This document shows, one piece after another, positions 50,546 to 59,626 of a DNA stretch of 64,000 nt (positions within the stretch are counted from its first letter, which is position 1; the number at the start of each line of letters is the position of its first letter). The notes under the pieces were generated by a model. The model saw only the letters and a program-made list of their open reading frames with translations, ran no database searches and had not been told where the DNA came from. The translations under genes were made by a program, and so were the position numbers. This DNA comes from an uncultured Chthonomonadaceae bacterium (GTDB lineage Bacteria > Armatimonadota > Chthonomonadetes > Chthonomonadales > Chthonomonadaceae): NCBI GenBank assembly GCA_963817895.1, contig CAWFQB010000001.1:992001-1056000 (forward strand). Reading direction: 5' to 3'.

Positions 50546-51842
50546 AAACAGGCAAAAGGTCGGCGTGAGCGTGAATGCAGGCGTGGAGGGCTTCCATCCC
50601 TGCGCGTTTGTCTACAATGGTCGGGTCGAGTTCGATGGCGTGATGCAATACGGGCAGACTTCGTTCCTTTGCGGCGCGAACAATGGCGTCGGTGACTGCA
50701 GCGGTTTGTCGGCAGAGTTCGGCAACGGGGGGCGGCAAGGCAATTGTTGCGGGGTGCAGGCCTTTTGCGTCGGCAGCGCAGGGGGTTTCCACAAACACGT
50801 TCCGGGGCAGATTGAGAATTTGCCCTGTGTTTATCAGGTTCAGGGAGTGCAATCGTTGCGGGCGTCCGTAAGCAAGCGCGGCAATCACATCGCCCGGACG
50901 CTCCCACGAGGGCTTTTGCAGCAAAGCGTCCCACGGTTGGCTGCCATCCGCAATGTCGCGCATCAGGTCAAGCCGCTGTTTGCGCTCGTCGGGAGAACCG
51001 TGACCGGGCGCGGATCGCGTCGCGTGGCCCTGTGGCGGCAGAAAATCTCGAATGTGGTCGTCACCCGGCATGGGCAGAAAGCCGGTTTCGCGGGCGATTT
51101 GTTCAGAACGAATTTGCCCGGTTCGGCTTGCGGACGCGCTTGCTTCCAATTCGCGGCGCAGAGTGGGCAATAAATCTTCACTCGTTTCGCAGTTTTGCAG
51201 TTCGCACAGCCACGAAAAATGATTGATGCCCGCCATTGTCGCTTTATATTTTTCCTGCGGTTCCGCAAACGGATACGAGGCCGAAACGCCGTCCAGCAGG
51301 CGCGAAATCATGCCGTAGCCCTGTATGCTGACGGAACAGAAACCGGCTGTTTTCACGCCCCGCTCATGCGCCGCCTGCGTGACGCGGGGCAAAGGGTTGG
51401 ACACGTTGAGCAGCCATGCGTCGGGACACAAGCGGCGCATATCGTCGGCAAGGCTTTCAATGAGCGCGATCTGGCGCAGCGAGTAACTGATTCCCGCAAT
51501 GCCGCCGAACTCCGTGACCAGATGGCCGGGTGAAAGGCGGTCAACAATCTCGCAGTCTATGGCGAACCGCTTCCACATTTGCGGCGCGGCACAGCAGATT
51601 ACGAAGTCGGCCCCGTCCAGAGCAGGTTCGCGGGCGGCATAGGCGGAAACGCGGGTATCCAGTCCCATCGTTTGCGCCATGCGTTTCGCCACGCCCGCCA
51701 TGCCGTTGCGCGCGTCCGTATCCGGGTCTACGAGCGCCAGTTCCAGACCGGGCAGGCGGTGATGCAGCAGGGTCTGCTCCAGCACACTCGGCCCAAACAC
51801 GAAACTCCCCGCCCCCACCACCGCCACTTTGCAGTTCGGCAT
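50538..51842 (-). CDS. Glycoside hydrolase family 4 (NAD+/Mn2+-dependent)
   Basis: VAVVGAGSFVFG, ALDGADFVI, CPDAWLLNVSNP, GFCSV, AGINHF, NLPRNVFVETP. Confidence 0.88.
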   Translation of the reverse strand: MPNCKVAVVGAGSFVFGPSVLEQTLLHHRLPGLELALVDPDTDARNGMAGVAKRMAQTMGLDTRVSAYAAREPALDGADFVICCAAPQMWKRFAIDCEIVDRLSPGHLVTEFGGIAGISYSLRQIALIESLADDMRRLCPDAWLLNVSNPLPRVTQAAHERGVKTAGFCSVSIQGYGMISRLLDGVSASYPFAEPQEKYKATMAGINHFSWLCELQNCETSEDLLPTLRRELEASASASRTGQIRSEQIARETGFLPMPGDDHIRDFLPPQGHATRSAPGHGSPDERKQRLDLMRDIADGSQPWDALLQKPSWERPGDVIAALAYGRPQRLHSLNLINTGQILNLPRNVFVETPCAADAKGLHPATIALPPPVAELCRQTAAVTDAIVRAAKERSLPVLHHAIELDPTIVDKRAGMEALHACIHAHADLLPVFV

Positions 51843-51880
51843 CGGCTACATCCCTTTCCATCGTTTTGGTATGCGTGGCT

Positions 51881-51908
51881 TTTCGCCATGAACGAAGCTA
51901 ATTCCTGC
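51881..51908 (-). promoter_or_regulatory. Sigma-H-like promoter for the GH4 operon
   Basis: Minus-strand GCAGGA-N18-GAAA, ~40 nt before the GH4 start. Confidence 0.5.
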
Positions 51909-52301
51909 CGATGATTCACATACCTGCTAGTCGGAACAGCGTGAGTGGGAAAGCAATATGTAGAGACGTCGTCGAAATAGTGGCAATGCAGCGCTTCCAG
52001 CACTCGGTCTCGTTACGTCAAGTTTTTATGTAGAGGCGTCGTGACCTCCGCATGGTTAAGGCGAACGGATGTGAACAGGCATCTTTTTGCACCTCCCTTC
52101 CTTGTTATTGGGGGACGTTATTTGGTTTTGGCAAGCAACCTACTATTAACATTGGGCGGCGTTTTTAGAAGGTGTAGAAATGGCTGGAATCCAATTTTGC
52201 TGAAAATATTTTCGTGGAGACTGTGGCAGCCGATTTTGTACACACATCAGCGCCTTGGAGTGTCCAAAGCCGCGTATCTGGTACTGGAATTGTAAATGCG
52301 G

Positions 52302-52329
52302 GCAGGAATTGCTAAAACGGAAAGCGAAA
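52302..52329 (+). promoter_or_regulatory. Sigma-H-like promoter for the SNF2 operon
   Basis: GCAGGA-N18-GAAA, ~90 nt before the GTG start. Confidence 0.45.
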
Positions 52330-52417
52330 ATAGTGTGAAGTGGCAGTCTTCATTGCTTTGCGCAACGATCAACAATATACAGCGGCTTTCCTACGCATAT
52401 TCAAAGTGAGGTAAATC

Positions 52418-55400
52418 GTGTCTTCAGAGGTTCCTGTTGAGTTTGTTACCGGGGAAGTTGTTTGTCTGCGCTCCGATGATGAGGTCAGTGGCGTCATCAC
52501 AAAGGTTTTGCCGGGTGTTCCTGAGAACCGCTATCAGGTGTTCCTGAACAACAAACAAGTTTTCTATTACGCCAGTCAATTACAGCGCAGTGTTCCGCAG
52601 GATAGGGCTTCCGCTATTCTGCCTCTTTCTACCTTTCAAGCGCACCTTTGCGCCCTTCAGATACGCCATCCTTCTCTTTCCACGCTGTACTCGCTACATG
52701 CCGCCCGCGTCAATTTTATTCCTTACCAGTTTCGCCCGGTGTTGAAATTTATCCATTCCGACCGACCGCGCCTGTTGATTGCGGATGAGGTAGGTGTCGG
52801 CAAAACCATCGAAGCGGGCCTGATTCTGCGCGAATTGCAGGCGCGGCGCGAGATCAATTCGGTACTGATTATCTGCCCGCGTTCTCTGGTGAAGGAACAT
52901 AAATGGCAAAAGGAATTGAAACGATTTGATGAGGAATTTGAGGAATTGGACGGCGGCAAACTGCGGTCATGCCTGAATGAATTAGATTTAGACGGAGAGT
53001 GGCCGCGCAACCGGCGCAAGTGCATCGTGCCGTTTTCCGTATTCGATGAGCGGCTTGTTTTTGGCAAGGAGGGGCGGCGTTCCCGCAGTCGGGAGGGGCT
53101 TGTCAATCTGGACACGCCGCCCCATTTCGATCTGGTGATTGTGGATGAAGCCCACCACCTGCGCAACAGCAACACCTATCTGCATCAGGGCGTGAAGTTT
53201 TTTTGCGACCATGCGGATGCCGTTGTTTTGCTCACCGCGACGCCGATTCAGCTTGGCGACAACGACCTGTATACCCTCCTGCATTTGCTGCGCCCCGATT
53301 TGATTCTGGATTCAACCAGTTATCAAACCATGTCCGCGCCCAATCCCCACATCAACCGGGCGGTGGAACGGGCGCGGGGCGGCGCGGAGTATTGGCAGGC
53401 GAACTGCCTTGCGGACTTGCAGCAGGCGGGACTTACGGAATGGGGACAACGGCTATTGTCGGGCCTGCCGGAGTTTCAGGGCGCGTGTCAGCAACTATCC
53501 GGGGCGGCGTTGAACCCGGAAGAGCGAATTGCCTGCATCCGCGCAATGGAAAATCTGCACACGTTTTCCCAATTGATAAACCGTACCCGCCGCCGCGACA
53601 TCGGCAATTTCACGACGCGCAAAGCGGAAACCGTGACCGTCAATTTCACGCTCGCGCAGGAACAGTTGCACAACGCGCTGCTGGCGGTTCAGGCGCGAAT
53701 TTTGAAACGGGCGCACAAGGTGGAAATGGCGCAGGCCGTGCAGTTTATGATGACAACTCTGCGGCGGCAGGCGGCAAGCTGCCTGTACGCGCTGGCCCCG
53801 CTTATCGAACAGATATTGACGCGCCGTTACGATCCCGCAAATGCCGACGCATGGGACACTGCCGATGAGGACGACAGCGATGCGGACGGCATGGAAAGCA
53901 TTGCGCCGGACGCCCTCGTTTCGCTGCAAGTGGAAATAGCGAACGTGCTGCAAATGGCGCGTGACCTTGACCCGTTCGACCCGAAATTGCAGGCGTTCCT
54001 CAGTCTGGTACGCGACAAACAGGAACTCGCCAACCGGAAAATTCTCGTATTCAGCACGTTTCGGCATACGCTGAATTATCTGGTGACGCATCTGCTGCGA
54101 GCCAACATTCGCGTCGGACTGGTGCATGGCGGCATTTCGGATGACGAGCGTTCCGACCTGCGCAGGCGGTTTGAACTGGAAGCGAACGACTCGCAGGCCA
54201 TTGACGTGCTGCTGTCTTCGGAAGTGGGCTGCGAGGGATTGGATTACCAGTTTTGCGACTGCCTGATGAACTACGACCTGCCGTGGAACCCGATGCGCGT
54301 GGAACAGCGAATCGGGCGCATTGACCGCTACGGACAGAAAAGCGAAACTGTTTCCATTCATAATTTGGTGACGCCGGGTACGGTAGACTTTGATATTTAC
54401 GAGCGTTGTTTGTGGCGTATCGGCGTGTTTCAGCAGGCGTTGGGCGGCAGTGAAGAGATATTAGGACGGCTGACGCGGGAATTGAAAGCAGTTGCGGAGA
54501 ATCTGGAACTGACCGAAGAAGAGCGGCAGGAACGCCTGGATCAGCTTGCCGACAACGAAATCCGGCTGGTACAGGAACAGGACGCGCTGGAAGCGCAGCA
54601 GGCGGAATTGTTCGGCAACGCGCTGCCGCTAAAGCAGTTCGAGCAGGATGTGAAGGACGCCACAAGCGCGTGGCTGTCCCCGTCCGCGCTGCAAAACCTG
54701 ATCGAGCATTATCTGTCCGAAACGTGCGGCGGCGAGGGGCATATTCTGGGCGCAAAGGCGTTGAAAACCCTGCGGCTCAATCAGGACGCGCGTAATCGGC
54801 TGTTGCAGGACTTCAACAAATTGCCTCCCGCCAAATCCTCCACGCGCCGGGATTGGGAACTCTGGCTGAAAGGTGACGAGCCGCATCTGGCGATTACCTT
54901 TGAGTCGGCCTGCGCGGGCGATAACCGGGCGGCAACCTTTATGACGCCCGTTCATCCCCTCGCGCAGCAGGCGGCGCGGTTGTTTACGGATGTGCCGCCG
55001 TTTCGGACGGCCTGCCGCGTGACAGATGAGGACATTCCGCCGGGAACCTACCCGTTCGCCATTTACCAGTGGCAAAAGCGCGGTATTCGGGATGATGTCG
55101 AATTTCAGCCGGTGTGCGCGAATAAACTGTTGAACGAGCGTTTCCTGACGCTGCTGGAAACCGCGCAGACGGCGGATGGTTCGCCTTCCGACTTTCCCGC
55201 CGCAACGGAATTCGACGCGCTGGATCAGCAGCACTATCCGCTCTGGTCACAGGCGCGGGCAAAGCATCAGGAATTGACGCGGCGCATTGTCGAGCAGAGA
55301 GGGGAAAGCCTTCGCGCCAGCCATAGGGCGCGAATGGCGCAATTGCAGGATCAGCGTGACAACAACACAAACGAAAAAATACGACTGATGCGCGGTTCGG

Positions 55401-55525
55401 AAATCCGCGCCGCCGCCGCCGACTTCGACCGCCGCATAGCCGAAATCAACGCCGCCGAAGGCCGCGCCGACTTGACGGCAACACAGGTAGCCATTGGAAT
55501 ACTAATCGTGGAGGCAAAACAATGA
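52418..55525 (+). CDS. SNF2-family (RapA/DrmD-like) helicase
   Basis: LIADEVGVGKT, VDEAHH, LTATP, SEVGCEGLD, YDLPWNPMRVEQRIGRIDR. Confidence 0.93.
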   Translation: MSSEVPVEFVTGEVVCLRSDDEVSGVITKVLPGVPENRYQVFLNNKQVFYYASQLQRSVPQDRASAILPLSTFQAHLCALQIRHPSLSTLYSLHAARVNFIPYQFRPVLKFIHSDRPRLLIADEVGVGKTIEAGLILRELQARREINSVLIICPRSLVKEHKWQKELKRFDEEFEELDGGKLRSCLNELDLDGEWPRNRRKCIVPFSVFDERLVFGKEGRRSRSREGLVNLDTPPHFDLVIVDEAHHLRNSNTYLHQGVKFFCDHADAVVLLTATPIQLGDNDLYTLLHLLRPDLILDSTSYQTMSAPNPHINRAVERARGGAEYWQANCLADLQQAGLTEWGQRLLSGLPEFQGACQQLSGAALNPEERIACIRAMENLHTFSQLINRTRRRDIGNFTTRKAETVTVNFTLAQEQLHNALLAVQARILKRAHKVEMAQAVQFMMTTLRRQAASCLYALAPLIEQILTRRYDPANADAWDTADEDDSDADGMESIAPDALVSLQVEIANVLQMARDLDPFDPKLQAFLSLVRDKQELANRKILVFSTFRHTLNYLVTHLLRANIRVGLVHGGISDDERSDLRRRFELEANDSQAIDVLLSSEVGCEGLDYQFCDCLMNYDLPWNPMRVEQRIGRIDRYGQKSETVSIHNLVTPGTVDFDIYERCLWRIGVFQQALGGSEEILGRLTRELKAVAENLELTEEERQERLDQLADNEIRLVQEQDALEAQQAELFGNALPLKQFEQDVKDATSAWLSPSALQNLIEHYLSETCGGEGHILGAKALKTLRLNQDARNRLLQDFNKLPPAKSSTRRDWELWLKGDEPHLAITFESACAGDNRAATFMTPVHPLAQQAARLFTDVPPFRTACRVTDEDIPPGTYPFAIYQWQKRGIRDDVEFQPVCANKLLNERFLTLLETAQTADGSPSDFPAATEFDALDQQHYPLWSQARAKHQELTRRIVEQRGESLRASHRARMAQLQDQRDNNTNEKIRLMRGSEIRAAAADFDRRIAEINAAEGRADLTATQVAIGILIVEAKQ

Positions 55526-58500
55526 CCGACTGGTTTGATGAACTGCATGACAAGCGTAAGCGACTGGTTTCTACACTGGAGGAAAACAATACTGACCTGA
55601 GAATGTTGCTCGAAGACAAATACGCCGACCCGGTTCACTTCGTCTACGAACTGCTGCAAAATGCGGAAGATCAAAAGGCAAAACACGTCGAGTTTTTGTT
55701 GACGCCGGACCGTCTGTTGTTTAAGCATTATGGCGACACGTTCAAGCAGCGCGATGTAGACAGCATTACCAACGTCGGCAACTCCTCCAAGCAGGGACAA
55801 GTCAACAAAATAGGCTGTTTCGGCATCGGCTTCAAGTCCGTGTTCGACGTCACAAGCAGACCTCGAATCTACTCCACACTTGACGAAGAACCTTTTGCGT
55901 TTGCAATCGAAGAAAAGTTTGTGCCGGTACGCTTGTCTTGTCCCAAAGAACTGCTGGAACCGAACGAGACGCGCTTTGAATTTCCGTTCAAGCAAGGTCA
56001 GGAAGCGGAAATTTTCAGCAAAGTTTGGAAAAAACTGCGTGAACTTGGGCCGGACACCCTGTTGTTTCTGGATCATATCGAAGAAATTAAATGGCGTACC
56101 ACAACGGAAGAAGGCATTTACTTGTGTGAACGCGCCGATCCTGTAAGCGGCAAGGTTCAATTGGTATGGGAAGCAGGGCCACGGGATACAAGTAAGGAAA
56201 CGCAGTACATGCAGTTTCTTCGCTACTCCAAAATTGCGCCTATCAAGCGCGGCGACAGCGATTTGAAAGTTAGTATTGCCTTTCGGCTTGAAAACGATCA
56301 GATTGTCTCAGAGCCGGGTCTTTCCGTTCTGAACGTCTTCTTTCCAACAAGCGAAAAGACGGGACTAAAATTTCGCTTACATGCCCCTATGCTTCTAACG
56401 GACAGCCGCGCCAACATTCGTCCTGATGATCCCACCAACCGCCAGCTAGTGCGAACATGCGCTGAACTGCTGGCGGAAAGCCTGCCGAAATTGCGTGATG
56501 CAGACATGTTGACAGCCACCTGCCTTAATTGTCTGCCGATACGAGAAGAAGATTTCCCCGAACAAACTGTCTTCCGTCCACTATATGATGCAGTTCTCAA
56601 GGCATTGGCAACGCAAAAACTGCTGCCAACAGCCCGCGAAAGCTCGTGTAAGTATGTGGATGCTGTTCATGCCCGCCTCACCGAATCCAAGCCTCTACGC
56701 GCGTTTATGTCCGAGAAGCAATTGATGGAACTAGAAGATAGCGATATGCCTGTCTGCTGGCTGCCGGAAAACATTGGTAACGATACGACAAGAGATTTAT
56801 GGGTTTATCTCACAAAGCAACTTCACATTGAGACGCTCGACGGCGAAAAATTGGCGCGAAAAATCAGTGAACGCTTCCTGCAAAAACAGCCCGATGATTG
56901 GATTACGTCCTTTTATCATTTTCTTTCGACCTCACCCTATCTTTGGGACAAGAACAGGTACTCTCCACTTCGCAGTAAACCTATCATTCGATTGCAGAAT
57001 GATCAGCATGTCATACCTTTTGACAGACAGGGAAGTCCAAATGCTTTTCTGCCTACGGGCAGCAACTCGGCGCTGGATACGGTGAAAACAAGTGTCTGCG
57101 AGGATGAGAAAGCGCGCAAATTCCTTGTAGATTTAGGCCTCACTCTGCCTGATACGACTGATGAAGTAATACGGCTGATACTGCCTGCCTACAGGCAGTC
57201 ACCGTTACCTCCGTACTCTGTCTCAGAGTACAATTTGCAGCTTACCACTATTGCTACGGCAATTGAAAACTGCAAGCCTGATGAGAGTGACGAGTTACGC
57301 AGCCAACTGCTGCAAACGCCTTTTCTGCGCGTTTGCAATGCTGTTAATTCAAGCACCTGTAAATGGGTGGAGCCTGATAAACTGTACCTGCGCTCGACGG
57401 AGTTGATAAAGTGGTTTGAGGGCAATGGGGAGGCATGGTTCGCCAGTTCAACTGTGACAAAGCATCCGGGTTGGCCCTGTATCTTCAAGTTTCTGAATAC
57501 GCGCCGTAGACCTTCGTTCGGGACGGAGGAAGACGCCGTCGTCACTGACACAGTCGTATTTCGTACCGCATCTAAAGGCAAACATGGATTCGTCCACTTA
57601 TATTCTTCACATGGCTGGCATAGAAGGGGCATCAACGGCTTTGATCCCAGTTCTCAGATAGAAGGTCTTGAATTCGCGCTGTCGCACATAACCAAAGACC
57701 GCGCTTATATCCTCTGGAAACTGCTCTCAAAAGAAGCCTATTTAGTGCAGGGCTGTGTTGAAGAAGCCACTCGCCAAGATTACATCAAAAGTGACTACTC
57801 AATTGAGTTTTCCGTTGTCGGACAACTTTGCCGTAAGCACCCCTGGCTGCCGGACAGAACAGGCAATTACTTCAAGCCAGAAAACATTGCTCTTTCAGAT
57901 TTGTCCGACGACTTCGATTATATGTCTGAGACAGCCATTCAACTGGCAGAAAAACTCGGCATGAAGCAAATCGTTAAAACACAGGAACAACTGCAAGCCG
58001 AAGAACTGCACCTCACTGTAGACATTGTGGAGTACATCAAAAACAATCCTGAACTGATTGCTCAATTTGTGCGCAGCAAGCAATCACCAGTCACATCTTC
58101 ACAGTTTCCGGTGGATGAGGATGTTACGTTCTCTGAACGCAGAGCCGTCAAAGTTCAGGAGGAAGCGCGTAACAATCCAGAAGTAAGGCGAGAGCAGCGA
58201 CTACGTACTGTACGCCTGTGTTCGCCGGAATACAAAGCAGAGGCAAAGCCTTACCTTCAAAGCCACTATAAAGACGATTGGGGAACGATGTTTTGTCAGA
58301 TTTGCGAACTGCCAATGCCGTTTAAACTTCCCAATGGAGAGTCATACTTCGAGATAGTTCAGTACGTGAAGGGTCTGCCTAATGAAAGTCAGCGTCACTA
58401 CTTGGCGTTGTGTCCCCTCTGCGCGGCGAAATACCTTTATGCCAACGGCAACGACGCCGAATCTTTGCAACATGCGGCGGTTCATGCCGATTTACAAACC

Positions 58501-58632
58501 GACTCCCTTACCATACCTGTTGAACTCGCAGGCGACCACTGTACAATTCGCTTTCGCCAAAAACATTTGGGCGACCTCAAAAATACGTTGATTGGCATGT
58601 TACAGCCTGCCGGTGATAGTGAAGAAGAGTAG
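55522..58632 (+). CDS. Sacsin-like GHKL ATPase-domain protein with C-terminal HNH-like Zn-binding domain
   Basis: YELLQNAED (N box), IGCFGIGFKSVF (G box), FFPT...FRLHAP...SRANI; tail CQIC...YFE...LALCPLC; ATGA overlap with the helicase. Confidence 0.85.
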   Translation: MTDWFDELHDKRKRLVSTLEENNTDLRMLLEDKYADPVHFVYELLQNAEDQKAKHVEFLLTPDRLLFKHYGDTFKQRDVDSITNVGNSSKQGQVNKIGCFGIGFKSVFDVTSRPRIYSTLDEEPFAFAIEEKFVPVRLSCPKELLEPNETRFEFPFKQGQEAEIFSKVWKKLRELGPDTLLFLDHIEEIKWRTTTEEGIYLCERADPVSGKVQLVWEAGPRDTSKETQYMQFLRYSKIAPIKRGDSDLKVSIAFRLENDQIVSEPGLSVLNVFFPTSEKTGLKFRLHAPMLLTDSRANIRPDDPTNRQLVRTCAELLAESLPKLRDADMLTATCLNCLPIREEDFPEQTVFRPLYDAVLKALATQKLLPTARESSCKYVDAVHARLTESKPLRAFMSEKQLMELEDSDMPVCWLPENIGNDTTRDLWVYLTKQLHIETLDGEKLARKISERFLQKQPDDWITSFYHFLSTSPYLWDKNRYSPLRSKPIIRLQNDQHVIPFDRQGSPNAFLPTGSNSALDTVKTSVCEDEKARKFLVDLGLTLPDTTDEVIRLILPAYRQSPLPPYSVSEYNLQLTTIATAIENCKPDESDELRSQLLQTPFLRVCNAVNSSTCKWVEPDKLYLRSTELIKWFEGNGEAWFASSTVTKHPGWPCIFKFLNTRRRPSFGTEEDAVVTDTVVFRTASKGKHGFVHLYSSHGWHRRGINGFDPSSQIEGLEFALSHITKDRAYILWKLLSKEAYLVQGCVEEATRQDYIKSDYSIEFSVVGQLCRKHPWLPDRTGNYFKPENIALSDLSDDFDYMSETAIQLAEKLGMKQIVKTQEQLQAEELHLTVDIVEYIKNNPELIAQFVRSKQSPVTSSQFPVDEDVTFSERRAVKVQEEARNNPEVRREQRLRTVRLCSPEYKAEAKPYLQSHYKDDWGTMFCQICELPMPFKLPNGESYFEIVQYVKGLPNESQRHYLALCPLCAAKYLYANGNDAESLQHAAVHADLQTDSLTIPVELAGDHCTIRFRQKHLGDLKNTLIGMLQPAGDSEEE

Positions 58633-58645
58633 TTCTCAACATGGA

Positions 58646-58851
58646 AGTTTCTACCCTCATCCGGCCTCCGGCCACCTTCTCCCTGCAAGGGAGAAGGCTA
58701 AATTATTGGATTGGCACGTTGGCGATGAGCTTTGTTTTGGCGTATAGATTTTTCATTGTTGGCGCTGTCTTTTATTCAGCCGCCCATTGAACACGTTCGC
58801 CTTCTCCCTTGTAGGGAGAAGGTGGCCGGAGGCCGGATGAGGGTAGAAACT
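58646..58851. repeat. 53-bp inverted repeat element (CCCTCATCCGGCC..GGCCACCTTCTCCC..GGGAGAAGG family)
   Basis: Arms 58646-58698 and 58799-58851 are reverse complements with one mismatch. Confidence 0.85.
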
Positions 58852-58859
58852 CCCAAACA

Positions 58860-58894
58860 AAAGGCAGTTCGTAAGAAATTTACGAACTGCCTTT
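58860..58894 (-). terminator. Intrinsic terminator
   Basis: AAAGGCAGTTCGTAA-GAAAT-TTACGAACTGCCTTT, T-run on minus strand, downstream of the 58919 gene. Confidence 0.7.
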
Positions 58895-58918
58895 AACTAC
58901 GTATTCCGCAAAAAACGA

Positions 58919-59413
58919 TTAGCGGGCCTTGCGAACCTCGCGGCCACTGCCCTGTTCGTGGTAGCGGGCACTGTTGTCGCCGACGCGGTAGCCGCTCTGA
59001 CCATCGTTGTAGTTGCGGTTCCGGTTGTTGTTGTACTGGTCCCGGCTGTACTGGTCGTGGTTGTTACGGACATCCTCATGGTAACGGCGGTTGTCGTTGT
59101 AGCCGTAGCCCTCGTTGTTGCGATAACTGTCATTGTAACGGCGATTGTCGTAGCCGTAATCGCGGTCACGGCCATAGCGGTCATGGTCGGAACCGATTTG
59201 CGTGGCGGCAACCAATGCGCCTGCCCCGACAATAAGACCCGGCGCTTTGTTCTTCTGCGTCAGCAACAGGGCGGCGGCAGCCACGCCCAGGCCAAGCGCG
59301 GTGTTGCGTCGGCCCTCTTCGCTGGCATGAGCGGCAAACGGCATCGTCACAAACCCGGCTCCCATCGTTACGGCGAGCGTCAAAGCGGCGAAACGGTTAT
59401 TGGTATATTTCAT
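58919..59413 (-). CDS. Secreted hypothetical protein with glycine-zipper-like segment and R/D/Y/N-rich tail
   Basis: Signal peptide ending AHA|SEEGRRNTALGLG; low-complexity repeats. Confidence 0.7.
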   Translation of the reverse strand: MKYTNNRFAALTLAVTMGAGFVTMPFAAHASEEGRRNTALGLGVAAAALLLTQKNKAPGLIVGAGALVAATQIGSDHDRYGRDRDYGYDNRRYNDSYRNNEGYGYNDNRRYHEDVRNNHDQYSRDQYNNNRNRNYNDGQSGYRVGDNSARYHEQGSGREVRKAR

Positions 59414-59551
59414 GGTGTTCAGTCTCTCTTTCGGTTCCTGCAAGTGTCGTGTGTATACTGTTTAGCAACGGAAACCGGCGTTTGACGTGACAGAAAATAG
59501 TTGAGGGTTGCTAAGTAAGAATTGTGGGGAACTTGCTGAATGTGCCGGATT

Positions 59552-59578
59552 GTGCTACCATTATGGAAAGCGTGTTAC
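59552..59578 (+). promoter_or_regulatory. Candidate NikR-type operator
   Basis: GTGCTAC-N13-GTGTTAC about 50 nt upstream of the MHIPDG start. Confidence 0.5.
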
Positions 59579-59626
59579 GTTTATTCGCCTGCTCTGTTTT
59601 TGGTTCTTGTCCTCAAAGGAAGATTG

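Noticed and set aside
52418..55525. Housekeeping RapA/HepA, or a DISARM/Zorya locus
   Set aside because: It is coupled to a sacsin-like gene and lacks drmABC, methylase and zorABC neighbours.
59414..59626. Cobalamin or NiCo riboswitch ahead of the ECF transporter
   Set aside because: No GGGAA/GCCACTG B12-box or NiCo core is recognisable, and the region is short and AT-rich.
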